Shown here: piece by piece, positions 12,090-26,958 of the stretch | Layout of the letters: each line of letters opens with the position of its first letter | Position numbering within the stretch: the first letter of the stretch is position 1 | Source of the DNA: Lama glama | Lineage: Eukaryota | DNA: 64,000 nt | Reading direction: 5' to 3' | Assembly (NCBI GenBank): GCA_028534125.1 | Contig: CM052817.1 | Span: 11,410,001-11,474,000, forward strand | The notes under the pieces: generated by a model | What the model was told of the DNA's origin: nothing | The model's database searches: none | What the model saw: the letters and a program-made list of their open reading frames with translations, nothing else | Made by a program: the position numbers and the translations under genes

Positions 12090-15002
12090 AGTTTGCCAAA
12101 AGGTTAGATGACATAAAGAACTAAATAGAGATGAATAATACAATTCAACTGAAATAAAAATTACACTAGAAGGAATCAACAGCAGATTAAATGATACAGG
12201 GGAACAGATCAGTGAGCTAGAAGACAGAATAGCGAAAATCATTGAAGCTGAACAGAAAAAAGAAATGAGGACAGCTTAAGAGAACTCTGGGACAACATCA
12301 AGCAAACTTAGAGTCCCACTGTAGGGGTCCCATAGGGAGAAGAGAGAAGGAAAAAGGCAGAAGACATATTTGAAGACAACAGCTGAAAAATTCCCTAACT
12401 TGGAAAGGAAACAGACATACATGTCTAGGAAGCACAGAGAGCCCCAAGTAGGACCAACCCAAAAAGGACCATACCAAAACACACTGCAATTGAAATGTCA
12501 AAAATTAAAGATCAAGAGAGAATATTAAATGTAGCAAGGGAAAAGCAACAAATTACAAGGGAATTCCCATACAGCTACCAGATGATCTTTCAGCAGAAAC
12601 TCTGCAGGCCAAAAGGGAGTGGGACAATATATTTAAATTAATGAAAGGGAAAAAACCCTACAACCAAGAATACTCTACCCAGCAAGGTTTTTATTCAGAT
12701 TTGATGGGGAAATCAAGAATTTTACAGACAAGCAAAAGCTAAAAGAGTTCAGCTTTATCAAACGAACTTTACAAGTATTAAAGGGACTTCTCTAAGTGAA
12801 AAAGAAAAGGCCACAACTGGAAACGTGAAAATTACAAAAGGAAAAAAACTTACTGGTAAATACAAATATACAGCAAAGGTAATAAATCAACTACGTACAA
12901 TGCTAGAAGGAAGGTTAAAAGAAAAAAGTAGTAAAAATCATCTATATCCCTAATAAATAATTAAGGGATATACAAAACAAAGATGCAAAATATGTCAAAA
13001 ACAGTAACTGTAGGGGGAGGGGAGTAAAAGTGCCAGGTTGTTAAAAATGAGTTTGAAATCAAGAGACCAGCAAATTACAATAATTACATATATATGCAGA
13101 TTGCTATACATAAACCTCATGGTAATCACAAATCAAAAATCTATTAACAGATACACAGACAAAAAAGAGAAAGGAATCTAAACTTAACACTAAACATAAA
13201 GTCATCAAATCACAAGAGAAGGGGAAAAAAGAAACAAAAAAGAACTACAAAAACAACCGCAAAACAACTAACAAAATGGCATTAAGTGCGTATCTACCAA
13301 TGATTACTTGACACACACTAACTAAAAATGAGAGGATGGAAAAAGGTATTCCATGCAAACAGAAATCAAAAGAAAGCTGGGGCAGCAATACTTGTATCAG
13401 ACAAAGTGGACTTTAAAAGAAAGACTGTAGCAAGAGACAAAGAAGGACATTACATAATAATCAAGGTATAAATCCAAGAAGATATAACAATTATAAATAT
13501 GTATGCACCCCACATAGGAGCACCTAAATACATAAAGCAAATATTAATGGACATAAAGGAGAAACTGATAGTAGCACAATAACATTAGGGGACTTTAATA
13601 CCCCACTTACATCAAAGGATAGATCATCCAGACAGAAAACCAATAAGGAAACACTGGCCTTAAATGACACATCAGGTCAAATAAGCTTAATACAGATACA
13701 TAGAACATTCCATTAAAAGCATCAGAATACACATTCTTTTCAAGTGTACATGTAACATTTCCAGAATAGATCACATGTTAGACCATAAAACAAGTCTTGT
13801 AAAATTTAAGAAAACTGAAACCGCATCAAACATCTTTTCTGACCACAATGCTTTGAGACTAGAAACCAATTACAAGAAAAAAACTGCGAAAAAACACAAA
13901 GATGTGGAGGCTAAACAATGTGCTACTAGACAACCAATGGATCACTGAAGAAATCAAAGAAGAAATTAAAAAATATCTGGAGACAAATGAAAACAAAAAC
14001 ACAATGATCCAAAATCTATGGGATGTAACAAAACCCACAGTAGAAGAAAAGAAATCATAAAGACTAGAGCAGAAGTAAATGAAATAGAAACTAAAAAAAC
14101 AACAGAAAAGATCAATGAAACTAAGAGCAGGTTCTCTGAAAAGATAAAGAAAATTGATACATCTTTACCCAGACTCATCAAGAAAAAAAGATAGTGGGCC
14201 CAAATCAATAAAATCAGAAATGAAAATGGAGAAGTTACAACTGACACCACGGAAGTACAGAGGATGGTAACAGATTACTACAAAAAACCATATGCCAATA
14301 AAATGGACAACTTACAAGAAATGGAGAAATTCATAGAAACTTGCAATCTCCCGACTGAACCAGGTAGAAATAGAAGATATGAACAGACTAGTAATGAAAT
14401 TGGATTATAAAAAACTCGACAATGCTGTTCATAGCAGCAACAATGTTGTTCAACAGCTAAGAAATGGAAGAAATCTAAGTGTCCATTACCAGACAAGAGA
14501 TAAATAGAATATGTGGTGTATATATGTGGTATATAATATATATATTATATACACACGCACAAGGGAATACTACTCAGCCATAAAAAATGAAATTTGCCAC
14601 TTGTAACAATGTGGACAAGCCTGGCAGGTATTATGCTTAGCGAAACAAATCAGAGAGAGAAAGACAAACACTGTATGTTACCACTTATATGTTGAATTTA
14701 AAAAATTAAACAAATGAGTGAATATAACAAAATAGGAACAGACTCACAGATAGTGAACAAACTAGTGGTTATTAATGGGAAAAGAGTAGAGGGTGGGGCA
14801 AGATTGCAATAGGGGATTAAGAGGTACAAACTACTATGTATAAAATAAATAAGCTACAACAATGTATCATTCAGAGAAGGGAATACAGCCAATATGCTAT
14901 AAGAATAAATGGAACATAATTTGTAAAATTCTTATATCATTATGTTTTACAACTGAAACTAATATAATATTGTAAATCAACTATATCTCAATAAAAATAA
15001 AA
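12090..15002 (+). mobile_element. L1 (L1MA9-like) with ORF1 remnant, inter-ORF, endonuclease region, large internal ORF2 deletion near 14415 and 3' UTR
   Basis: ORF1 motifs (cactagaaggaatcaacagcagattaaatg; tcagcagaaactctgcaggcc), EN motif tatgcaccccacataggagcacc, abrupt jump to the ORF2 C-terminus, ends ctatatctcaataaaataaaa. Confidence 0.85.
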
Positions 15003-18000
15003 GCATAAGTCTATTAGGATGAACAAAAGATTACTCTCATTTTAACTTACTGATTTTAGGACTCAAACTAAGAATAAGGTTACTATGTCTGGTATTATTA
15101 GATTATTATTCTTTCAGTATACTTTTGGAGTCAATAGATTAACATTTCATTTAGAATTGTTGTCTATACATTCATTAGAGGATAACAATTTTTCAGATTT
15201 TGAATCAGTTGTTAAAATGCACTGACAATTTTCCATATTCTGTACTCTAAAAAATACATATAACATTACAATTTGCAAAAACTAAAAAAAAAGTTTCTGG
15301 AACTAAGAATAGCAAAGTTGCAGATACAAGGTAAATATACAAAATTCAATCATCTTCCTACACACTGCCAATGAACAAGTGGAATGAAATTTGAAACATA
15401 ATACAATTTACATTAACACTCTTTTAATGAAGTACTGAGGTATAAACCTAAGAAAATATGTGCAGGATCTACATGAAGAAAATCACAAAAATCTGATAAA
15501 AGAAATCAAAGAACCTGAAAAAATAGAGATATCCCACGTTAACAAATAGAAACTCAACGTTGCTAAGATGTCAGTTTTTCCCAACTTTATCTACAGATTC
15601 AACGTAATCTTAATCAAAATCCCACAAATTACCTTTTGGATACTGACAAACTGATTCTTTACCTCCAGAAAGGCAAAGGATACAGAATGGTTATCACAAT
15701 AGCAAAAAAAGAACCAAATTGGAGAACTGATCCTGCCAACCTCAAGACTTACTATTTAACAAGCTACAGTAATTGAGACAGGATGATGATGACCAAAGAA
15801 CAGACAAACAGATCAGTGGAAGAGAACAGAGCACCCAGAAACAGTCCCACACAAACAAGAGTCAACCAATCTTTGATAAAAGAGCAAAAGTAATCAAATA
15901 GAGAAAGGACTGTCTTCAACAAATGGTGATGGAATAACTGGAAAATTACATGCAAAGAAAGAATCTAGACACAGACCTTTTATCTTCCAACAAAATGAAC
16001 TCAAAATAGGCCCTACACCTAACTGTAAAACATAAAACTATAAAACCTTTAGAAGACAACACAGGAAAAACTCTTGGTGACCTTGGTTTGGCAATGATTG
16101 TGAAAGACTCTGTTAAGAGAATGGAAAGACAAGCCACAGACTGAGAGGAAATATTTACAAAACACTTACCTGATAAATGGGTGTTATGTCCAAAATACAT
16201 AAAGAACTCTTAAAATTCAACAATGAGAAAATGAACAACCTGATTTTAAAATGGGCTAAAGATCTGGATATATTATCTCACCCAAGAAGATATGCAGATA
16301 GCAAATAAGCATATAAAAATGCTCAATATCGTATGTCATTAAGGAACTGCAAATTAGAACAATAACAAGATACCAATACACACCTATTAGAAAGCCTAAA
16401 ACCCAAAACTGACAACAACAAATGCTGTTGAGGATGTGGAGCAACAGGAATTCTCATTCATTCCAGACTGGAATGCAAATTGGTACAGCCACATTGGAAG
16501 ATAGTTTGGCAGCTTCTTAACCAAGCTAAAGTCTTAGCAAAGGATCCAGAAATTGCACTCCTAGGTATTTACTCAAATGAGTTGAAAACTTATATCCACA
16601 CATAAAACAGTGAATGTTTATAGAAGCTTTATTTATAATTGGGAAAAACTAAAGCAAAGATGTTCTTCAACAGGTTAACAGATACACAAATTGTGGCATA
16701 TCCACAGCATGAAACATTATTCAGAAACAAAAAAAAAATGAGCTATGTATCAAGCCACGAAAGGACATAGAGGAATTTTAAATGCATATTGCTAAGTGAA
16801 AAAACAAATCTAAAAAAGTTACATACTGTATGACTCCAACTGTATAACATTCTGAAATAGGCAAAACTAAGGAGACAGTAAAAAGATCAGTGTTTAACAC
16901 AGGTTGGGGCATGGGGCTGAAGGATGAATAAGTGGAGCACGGGAGATTTTCAGGGCAGTGAAACTATTGTGCATGACACTGTAATGGTGGATATATAAAA
17001 CTGTACATTTGGCAGAGCCCACACGACTGTACAAGACAGAAAGAGTGAACCTAATGTAAACTATGAACTTTTTATTTAATAATAATTTATCAATACTGAT
17101 TCATCAACTGTAATAAATGTACAACTATCAATGAAAAATGTTAACAGGAGAAATTGAATGGGAGTAGTATATGGGAATGCTCTGTACTTTCTGCTCGATT
17201 TTTCTGTAAATCTAAAACTGTAAAAAAAAATTCTATTAATTTAAAAAACAAAACAAAAAATTGGATTAAGTAAAAAAATCCATTTGACTTCACATACGTT
17301 TCTTCCTTTAAAAAACTATTCAGTAGGTGGCACCAGAGATCCTTTAGAATAAGGAATTACAGATGTACTATTCAGAATGCTTAGTTTTGATGGTGATATA
17401 TACTTTAAGATTGGATTTATTCATTAATGAATATGATTGTTGTTTTTGAAAAAAGTGTGTTAGAGACAACTAAATTTAGATGGAAATTACACCATTCCAT
17501 AAGTAGGTAACTAATCATGAAAATCTAGGAATGCAGATTAAGAATTATGGACCAACAGTAATCCTACACTATGGGTAAAAAAAAAAAAGGTGCTATGTTA
17601 AGCTACTTAAAAACTAAATTCCAACTCACACTTTGACAACTACATAGCATATCCATTTGACATTTCTTGACTACTAGGTGAGCAAGTATCACATTAGAAA
17701 ATTGTTTTTCTCCGTAGACTAAAAGCATTTACTAAATGTGGCATCAAGGCATTTTAAAATTCATTTTCTCAAGTTGGGACAGAAAAAAGTACTATGTCTC
17801 TCTAAAAAGCAGAGGATGAAAATGTTAATTATCCACTGAACAACTATCGCCTGTCCACCCACTGGGATTCAAACTGACATACGCAGTACACAGTTTTACA
17901 GAGAACAAATTACTCTTAATTTATATCACTTTAAAGTGATGCTATACTGGTGCTCAGGTATTACGTATTTTACCCAATAATGGAGACCAAATACCATATA

Positions 18001-20699
18001 CTGCCACTTAGGTGAAGACAGGAGAGGCAACAGAAGGAAGGAGGGAATCAAAGAAGTACCCAGAGAGAAGAGTAAAATGCATTCTTTTCTTCTCCAAACT
18101 TAATATTCAATTCTCAAAAAAACAAATTATCAACAATGGCAGCATGTAGTTGAAACAGTAATATAAACACATATATTAACTTTTAATTATCATTATAGAG
18201 TTCTGTACATTAGATAAGAATTAGATTTAACATTTATTCCCAAGAAAAAAAATACTACTCAGCATCCCAAATGAATTAATCAAAATTATAAAACAGAGTT
18301 TAACTGTAGTTAGAGAACAGAAACGGAATGAAATTAAGTTTAGGTACACAGTAACTGAAAACCAATCTTGGAAGCAAATCCCCTGAAAGTCTACTACATA
18401 TTACTAGATAATACAAAAATATGGTCACTGATGGATCTCTCATTTGTCCATAAACACATGTATTAACCTTAATTTGTAAGAGTAAACTATGGTCACCTAC
18501 ACCTTGGTTAATATTATAATATATATCCTAGCATGGTGATTTCCAGTCTTTCATAATTTAATTCCCTGTTTAATTTAATTAAAAGGTATGCCAATAAGTG
18601 GTAAGTTGTTTTGTCTTACAAGTTCTATGAAGAAAAAGTATTATCAATTTGAACCAAATATGAAGGAATTTGTGTTTGTTTTATTGTCTTATTGCAAGTA
18701 AATATGTGTCTTTCTCTGGCTTTCTGAAATGTCAAAAACAGTTTCTGAACTTTTACCAACTTTCAGGACCTCTAGACTTCAGGATCTACCACGTGAGACA
18801 AAATCTAATCCAACCTCATAATTTTACAGAGATGATAGCAAAAATGCAGAAAGGTCACGTCAGAGATGGCGGCAGAGCTTAGAACATCAATTTACTAATT
18901 TTCCAGACTGTACTCTTTTTACCAGCCTATGTGGTCTTACAAAAGCAGTAGTACAAGTATCACACTTTGAAATGTATTTGGTTCTTAAATTCACACTGTT
19001 TGAGGAGCAAGAGCACGTAGCAAGGTATACTGCAGTATCTGAATCCGTTTTTCCCCTGAGTTTTCAACAGTAAGAAATTTGAAAATTTATCTGAAATTCA
19101 ATTCCTTAGTTCAAATTATCTCATCTGAATTCTCATTTTATAGGAGGAGAAAAATCTGATCATCTCTTTCCTTTCTGTGCATGCCTCCAATCCTACCGTT
19201 GCCAAGTCTCAAGAGTCATGATGACTGAAATCTTCTTATTTTTCTTAGCAGCAGTGGCATAATCTAATTAGAAAAGATTTTGGCTTCCCCTCAACTCCAA
19301 ACCTCTTTTCATGTACAATATTATAAAAGGTCTCAATTACCACCAGCAGAAGTATATAAAACAGATTAAACAGATTAAATTGAACAAATATGTGTTAGAA
19401 ATCAACATGCTCAGTATGCATGGATCAGTTTACATTGTTTTGTAATCACTTCATAATTCAGTATGTAAATTTTGTAACAGTATATATGTAGGGTTAAGAA
19501 TTTATAAAATGACATACTGGATACCCTTTTAATCCTCTTGAACAATTGAGAGGAATTCAGCCTCTTTTTATATTGGGCCTCCATTCCTTGCACCTACTCC
19601 TTAGTGCCAAACTAACATTGTTCTGGGATAACATTCTTATCATTTTAAAGTTTTCAGACAAATTTTGCCAACACTCTACTGCAACTGTTCCTAGAATGCT
19701 GTAACACATCACCACTGCTAGCTGTATTTCAACAAAACAAGCTGTAGCATCCATACTATACAACTGGAAAAATATTTTAAAAGAGAGGTCTATTAATCAA
19801 GAAATGTTAATCTTCTGCAATCACTGTACTATATTATCAGGAAAAGATAATTCTTCAATAGAGAGTAGTATTAATACATCTAACTTTTTAAAGCATTTGT
19901 AAGAACAGAATGTAAGAACATGGGCTAACTGTATCAAATTTAAAAAAAAACCTTGATTTTCATTAATAATTTCATCCTTACTTCTGAAAATCTCTTGTGA
20001 TAGAGGCAATTAATGGAAAACCTTACAGATTTAGATGTCTTCTCCTTTTCCTCATCATTCTCCAGGGAAAGATATTAACAAGTATGACCCTTACAGCACC
20101 AGAAGATAAACAGCACTGCACACTCTCATCTCCATGATTAAGAGGTATAACTAAGCCATATAAAAACAACATTCCTAAGTCATTATATTAATTATCAATT
20201 TATCCATTGATATACATTTTTCTCAAATAAAAAGAACTAAAGAATGAAAATGTAGAACAAAGTCTGGTCTAGTTTTAAGTCTAGCATAGAAGTAGCCAGG
20301 ACAGTACTTTGACTTGGGCGTCACATTTACAAATTTGCTACATATTTAAGATTTTAATATCATCTTTGAATGAGATTATGTATTTGTATGTGGCAGGTCT
20401 AAAAAAACGGCTTTAACCTTACAACTTCAAATTTCCATCCTTCCACTGGACTTCTCGGATGTTACAAATTAATACCTTCCATAGATCTAATAATGGTCTT
20501 GTGAATACAATTTTATTCCATTTTGTAAATGTGTTTAAAGCTTAATTTGTTGTACAAAACATTTAAAATACACAGTTTGCAAAGCCAACCTTGAAAAGTT
20601 AAGTTGCCAAGCCTCTCTCAAGTTTTCAGAGATAGCTTTTAATTTTCTTACTTTTCTTAGTCTACTAGAAGAGCTTGTAACAAAGATGGGTAACAGTAG

Positions 20700-20915
20700 T
20701 TGCTGACAGGGGTCTGGAGCAACTAGAACTCTCAAGTGTTTCTAGTAAGTCTGTGAAATGATAAATTTGGGAGAATGATTTGTCAGTTTCTAGTATATTT
20801 CAAATATACATGATGATACAATCCAACAATTCTATTTGTACAGATTTTCCCAAGAGAAATGAAACAAATGTCCAAAAGTAAGAATGTTCATAGCAGCCTT
20901 ATTAATAATCCCTAG
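20700..20915 (+). mobile_element. Old L1 (L1ME-like) fragment
   Basis: ggagcaactagaactctc...cccaagagaaatgaaac...agaatgttcatagcagcctta. Confidence 0.55.
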
Positions 20916-20989
20916 TGACTTATTAATAACTACTTTCAGAGGAGGTTGTAAGAAAAGAATAAAGAATCAAAAATTATTGTTGTATTGTA

Positions 20990-21320
20990 ATCCTGAGTGA
21001 GTGGGAAGGTGTGAATGCTGCTAATTAATGGGGAACATAGAAAAATAAACAGATTTAAAAAGGAAAATAAGTTTAGTGTAGATTCACTGAACTTAAAAGT
21101 CCTCCCATAATACATATCTGGAGATGTCTAGGAAACCGCATGTAACTTGGTGACAGAACAGAAGAGTTGAAGCCAGGAGAGTGGATGAGACTGTGGTTGG
21201 GGTGGGAGGAGGTAGGGAAATACATATATGTGCATAAATATACATACGTGTCTATATATAAATTCTAAGGACACAGTCCTTAAGGTATAACATTCTGGAG
21301 ACAGTCTGAAGATCAAATAG
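20990..21320 (-). mobile_element. L2 fragment
   Basis: Purine-rich antisense L2-like motifs (ggagatgtctagg). Confidence 0.4.
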
Positions 21321-21329
21321 TAAAGTAGG

Positions 21330-21805
21330 CAGGATTCTTAACCCTTTTTGTGCAAGAACTCTTTTGGCAGTGTGGTGAAGACTATGGTCTCCTTCTCAGA
21401 ATCATGCTTTAAATGCACAAATTTGTAGGATTACAGAAGAAACCAACTATAGTGAAATACCATTAAAAATTTTTTAAATTCAGCACATTAATATAGTAAT
21501 ATGTGCTTTTTTCTTAATGAATTAAAATATAAGATCTAGCATTAAGACTAATATCTACCACAATTTCAAAGTAGTGGGAATGTAAACAATTTAAGATATG
21601 TGATATGAAAATATCTATGATTTTTATTGCTAAAACAGTATAATACTACTGCTGCTTGCCGTCAACATTTATATTTGACGGAAATGTTAAATTTCAGCTA
21701 GGGATTAGTGAAAATAAAGATGCCATTTCCCTCCCATTCAAGTTCATGAACCCACGAAATCCCATCCATAAACTTTTGGGGGAATATCCCAGGTTAAGAA
21801 TCCCC
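21330..21805. mobile_element. Non-autonomous hAT-Charlie element (MER119-like)
   Basis: Terminal inverted repeats caggattcttaacc (21330-21343) and ggttaagaatcccc (21792-21805), internal tttggcagtgtggtgaagactatgg. Confidence 0.75.
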
Positions 21806-23479
21806 GAGCAAGAAAGTAAAATTAAAGAGACATAAAAACTCGATAAAACAATTATCATGGAAATTATAGCAATAAAACAGCATGTTATTTTTAAGTTGCA
21901 ATGATAAAATACTATACCCTCTGCTTCATTTCTTACAATTGTGAAGTAGAACATGAGAAAAGTCAGAGAACAGCATGTTGAGCAAACTAAGGTAGAAGAG
22001 ATTCAGAGTTTCTGAATATTTTCAGAGAAAGAAATCACAAGTGCATTTGAACTAGTATTTAAAAATGTATCCCCATTAGGAATCACTTGATAACCACAAC
22101 CACAGACCGCCAATACAACAATTACTGTATGTCCCATATGTTCCACTTCCATCCTGTTTCATCCAGCTTCTACTTCTTACACAATCTACTGATACATTCT
22201 GCCATGCAAGCCAGAACAGATGAGTAACAATGGTTCAAGTCTTTCAGTTGGCCTGCTACCCTAGAAACATGAAACAATTCATTATGATACTAAATAAGAG
22301 GGATAAACCATTTTCCTTTTATAGTGATACAGTCAGGCAAGTTACCCTAGATATATTATCTTAATGATTATATCTCTCTATATAATAGTCTGTGTTGCAG
22401 CGAAAATTTGACTAGATTATTTGGAACGTTGAGTCATTTTCCATGATAGACTCTTTCTCTGGCTTCTCAACTGCTATGGCAGTTGCTATTAAGTAGTATC
22501 AAATCTGACCCAACAAGGTAGTTGAGACACCACCTTATTCCTATCACAGCCATAGTCAAAAGAGTTTAGACATTATCGTCCAGAGGCAACTGTAGGGCAG
22601 TTATGGCTGAGTGTACCACAAGTGTTTGCAGAACATATCCACTTGTAGAAAATACCCACTGTAACCAACGTAGCACACAGAGAGATACCAACGTCTCTAG
22701 AGAGGCTTTAGATCTGCTAAAGCTGGGGAATTCCGGGGAACAAACAGAAAACAAAATAAAAGTGTTAAAAAGCAGACTGCGTACCAAAGAAAATCTAAAT
22801 ACTTCAATACAGTGAAGCCCAAATGAGGCTGTAAAAACTGTATTCTAACTCAGTTAAGTTTGATAAGGACTACTATAGGATTTAAATGTATTGTTCTCTG
22901 GACATGACAAGGTCATGGAGAACATTTACCTGCTACAGTAACAGGCAGAAAGGTTAACTGAGGAGTGAGGGCTTAATACTCAACTAACGAGACTAACAAT
23001 GTTGCTCTTTCTTGCCTACTGAATATGAGCTAGCCATAAAAGCCCCTCCCAAATGTTGCTTGCTTACTTTATTGCTTTTAATTTTAAATGGAAAGAGACT
23101 CTAAACAAAATGCAAATTACTAATAACAATCAATAATTTTTTTGCTAGAAAAATAACGGGATAGCTACAGAGGCACAGAGCTATATTTTAACTAAAGATC
23201 ACTGTTCATTCTTGTAATTAAAGTTATTAAAAATGAATTACCAAGACTCTAATATAACTATGACATTTGGTCAGTGTAGTAAAAGAGACACTGAGAAAGA
23301 ATACATATTTTCTGCTCTCTAGGAGTTAGCAATCCACTATGGAAGGATACAATGTAAAAATTTTATATTTCTTGCAGGGGTATCTGGAGGCCCATTTGAT
23401 CTTCAATTTAAACATTCCCACCTATGTGGGTACAGGAAGTTAAAGATGACATGAGAATCAAGAGCATGTGAACTACTGT

Positions 23480-23625
23480 CTGTATTCTATCTCCAACATA
23501 TCCTACTATATGACATGCTGGCTTCCTCCTTGAGACTAAGCACTGTATCTTACTCATTTACCTATTCAGGAATCTACAGTGGTACCACAACAAGGTAACT
23601 CAATAAATTTCATAAATAAATGATA
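23480..23625 (+). mobile_element. L2 3' end fragment
   Basis: cttcctccttgagactaagcactgtatcttactc...aggtaactcaataaat...taaataaatga. Confidence 0.5.
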
Positions 23626-24954
23626 CTCTGCTTTTTAAATTTTTTCTTTTTTTTAAAATTCATTTTATTATTATTATTTTTTTACAGGGCATAGATAAAG
23701 CAAGAATGAGAAAATATTCCTTTCCTCTCTTGCACTTTACACAAAAAGGAACTGAATGGTCAGTGAAACGAATTATTAAAGAAAAGTGATCTTTTTTTTC
23801 CTGAAAGTCTTATGAGTTAGTTGGTTCAAAGGCAGGCAAGAATGAAGACTTAGACATAGCTCATGCTGGTTTACTATGTCACTACTGAACATGCACTGCG
23901 AAGGATAAACACAAAATCAAGGATCAGATAAGGAGACGTGCTTCCTGAAGCTTCTTTTTAGTCCACAGATTTGACAGTCTCAACTGTCCGTGTGTAATGA
24001 GGAATCCATCAGGTCAGAGGAACATGGAGAATACAGAATCGCAGGATTTCTCCCTTTTACAATATTTAAGGGTTTTTTTGGGGGGGGGTAAGAGGGATAG
24101 AACCACATTATCATAGGAATTCATAACATTATCATAAAAGGAAACTCTTGCTGTACCCCAGTACACTTTCAAGTTTTGTTTCTTAAAGCCTACATGAGGT
24201 TTTACTAAAAGTCATGGCCTACCACAGCTTAATGTAGCTATTTAAGCCTTTTGCCCATCCTAACCATTCTTGTTCCTTGTTTTTTTTTTTGCCTCTTTGA
24301 AGCCATGAACTGACCACAGTATTTGTGAATTTCCTAGCCTTGTTAAAACAAAAGTCCAATTCCCCTGTGACTACAACTTTCCTTATTAGACTTTTTTTTA
24401 GCAATTAAATATTCTTCGTAAGTTCAGTTCACCAATTCTGGACTTCGGAAAAATCAGTCTCTAAAATATTCCTTCAGAATAGAGTTCTTCAAATTCTGAT
24501 AGACATTCACCTCAAGAACTTACAAAATTGAGAACACACCTTAAAAACATGTGTATTATTTATAAATTACATAGCCACATTCTTATTATGAGCCAAACAA
24601 CTCAAAGCACTGCATATATTTGGAAAAGTGTTCATCAATGATATAATTTTTAAATGCCATTTTTCAAACTTAATTCAGACAAAACTACATAGTAGAATAT
24701 GTATATCCATTTAACTGGGCCATATAAACTGCAATGTATCACAACACTTAGACTGCAAACCAAAGAATAAGGGCCTCAGTATCAATCCCTCCTTGTTTGA
24801 GGAATGGAGCTCTCACTCTCCTCCCAGGACACTAAGTCTCCTTTATATGACAGGACTTCTGATATAAAGCCCAAGTAAGGATGCCATTGTCAGTCTATTC
24901 ATCAAAGATCTGAAATGGTTAACTGACTTTTTATTTTTATTATGTTTTTAAAAA

Positions 24955-26140
24955 TATTTTGAATTTTGAAGTAATTTTAGCCTACAGAAAAGTTTCAAAA
25001 GCAGCACAAAGATTTCCTTTTTGTTTGTTTGTTTTTTGTTTTTAGCTTTTTTGTGGGGGGAGAGTAATTAGGTTTGTTTATTTATTTATTTTTAGAGGAG
25101 GTACTGGGGATTGAACCCAGGACCTCGTGCATGCTAAGCAGGTGCTCTACCACTTGAGCTATACCCTCCCTCAAAAGATTTCCTATATATTCTTTTCCCA
25201 GCTTTTTCTTAATGTTACCATTCTATAAAACCAATTATCAAAACCGAGAAATTTACATCAGTACAATACTATTAACTAAACTATAGATTTTATTTGAAAT
25301 TCATCAATTTTTCCACTAAGGTCCTTTTTCTGTTCCAGAATCCAATCCAGGATCCCATTTAGTAGTCATGTTTCCTTAGACTTCTCTAATCAGTCAATGT
25401 TCTGTTTTTCCTTGTCTTTCATGATCCTGATATTTTAGATGAGTATTGGTCAGTTATTTGAGAGAAAATGTTCCTCAACATATCTGATGCTTTCTCATGA
25501 TTAGTTCAAAGGTATGCATTTTTGGCTACAGAAGTGATGTGCCTTTCTCAGTGTATGATATCAGTGCACCAGTAAGACTGGGTATGTTTTATTACTGGTG
25601 ATACTACCCTGGGTCACTTGGTTAAGTTGGTGTCTCCTGGGTTTCCGTACTGTAAAACTACTATTTCTCTCTTTGTAACTAATATATTAGGGAAGATACT
25701 CTTGGAGCATGCAAGTACTCTGTTTCTCATCAACCTTTTGCCCACTTTTTGCTAGCACTCACTGGTGGATGCAGTCATTGTCACTGTGGAGTTCTAAGGG
25801 TGACTTTCATTTCCTTCATTCCTCCTACATTTTTAAATGGAAATTCTTCTGTAAGAAAGAGCTGTCCCTTCTTCCTCATTTATTTATAACAGTATGAAAA
25901 CATATATATTGATCTTATCCTACAGATATTTATTTTTTTGCTCAAATTGTTCCAGTTTTGGCCATCAGCAGCTCTTTCAGGTTGGTACCTGTGTCCTACC
26001 AGCCTACTTCTTTCGAGACTTCCTTACTTTCTTGGCATCACAAAATGCTCCAAACTCATTTTATACTTTCCCAGCCCCAGCTATGGAAGCAACCACTTCT
26101 CAAGAAGCCTTGGTTCCCTTTATTGGAGAAATCTTGTTTT
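24955..26140 (-). mobile_element. L1MC4-like 3' end interrupted by a SINE
   Basis: tacagaaaagtttcaaaa...acaatactattaactaaactatag...ttctgttccagaatccaatccaggatccc. Confidence 0.75.
25019..25173 (-). mobile_element. Camelid tRNA-derived SINE (Vic-1 type)
   Basis: ggaggtactggggattgaacccaggacctcgtgcatgctaagc...gagctataccctccc. TSD AAAGATTTCCT at 25008-25018 and 25174-25184. Confidence 0.92.
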
Positions 26141-26958
26141 ATTAATCATGTAGATCAATGTAGACTTCCTGCACTTCAGTGGATTATCTTATTTAATCTC
26201 TGACTACATGCATACATGATTGTGGACAGCACGGTTTTACAGTATTGCTCCATACAATTTTTTTGTTTGCTCCAACAAAATACTCAACAATAATGAAGGA
26301 ACACTCTTTATTAACAATCTAAAACATTTCCAGAGTTAAAAAGGATTAAGTCAAAGAAATGTATGTAACAGGAAGAATCACAGATGTCATATTATCCCTG
26401 GGTTTACCTCTATAACATTCTAGACATTGTAACTCCAATAACTCCAATAAACAATGATGCCAGAGGTACACAACATACCCTAATCTAGGTAGCAACTGAC
26501 CAGTACCCCACCAGAGTGCTGCTTCTACAAACAAACCTCAACAACATCAACCAGTATTGCCAGAACAATAAGTGTGCTTTTTAGAAAAACAAAAATGGAT
26601 AAAGACTCATGAAAAAAAATAGCAAGCTTTTAATATGGGCCCACAGATGGTTTTGCAGAACTCTTCTGTTTTGTGTTGAAAAATGAGATACATGCAAAGT
26701 AAATAAGGATGCTCTAGGCCACCCAAAAGGTTTTGGAGTTCAGGCAATACCAGAAAATTAGAGTACATGATCAGACTCACTAGCGTATTTGGTTAGTACC
26801 ATGGTTCCAGCTACTCAACAGAAACAATGTAATCTGACTTACTGTATTTAAGACAGAAGCAATCCTAAAGCAGGATGCTGTAACATCTGCTGGCCTAAAA
26901 AAAAAAATTTTTCTTACATATACATAAAAGTATTTTAATATTTCTTGTCACTATAAAG

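Larger units (their letters stand above)
9562..17260 (+). mobile_element. Host L1MC2/3-like element (ORF2 plus 3' UTR) in three pieces: about 9562-9679, 11147-12085 and 15275-17260
   Basis: ORF2 sequence is collinear across two insertions. 3' UTR has gtgaaactattgtgcatgacactgtaatggtggata...aatgtaaactatgaac and an A-rich end. Confidence 0.8.

Noticed and set aside
20035..20150. Plus-strand pyrimidine tract with CAG and a downstream gtataa, a possible antisense exon
   Set aside because: Weak donor, no partner exons and no other support. Expected by chance.
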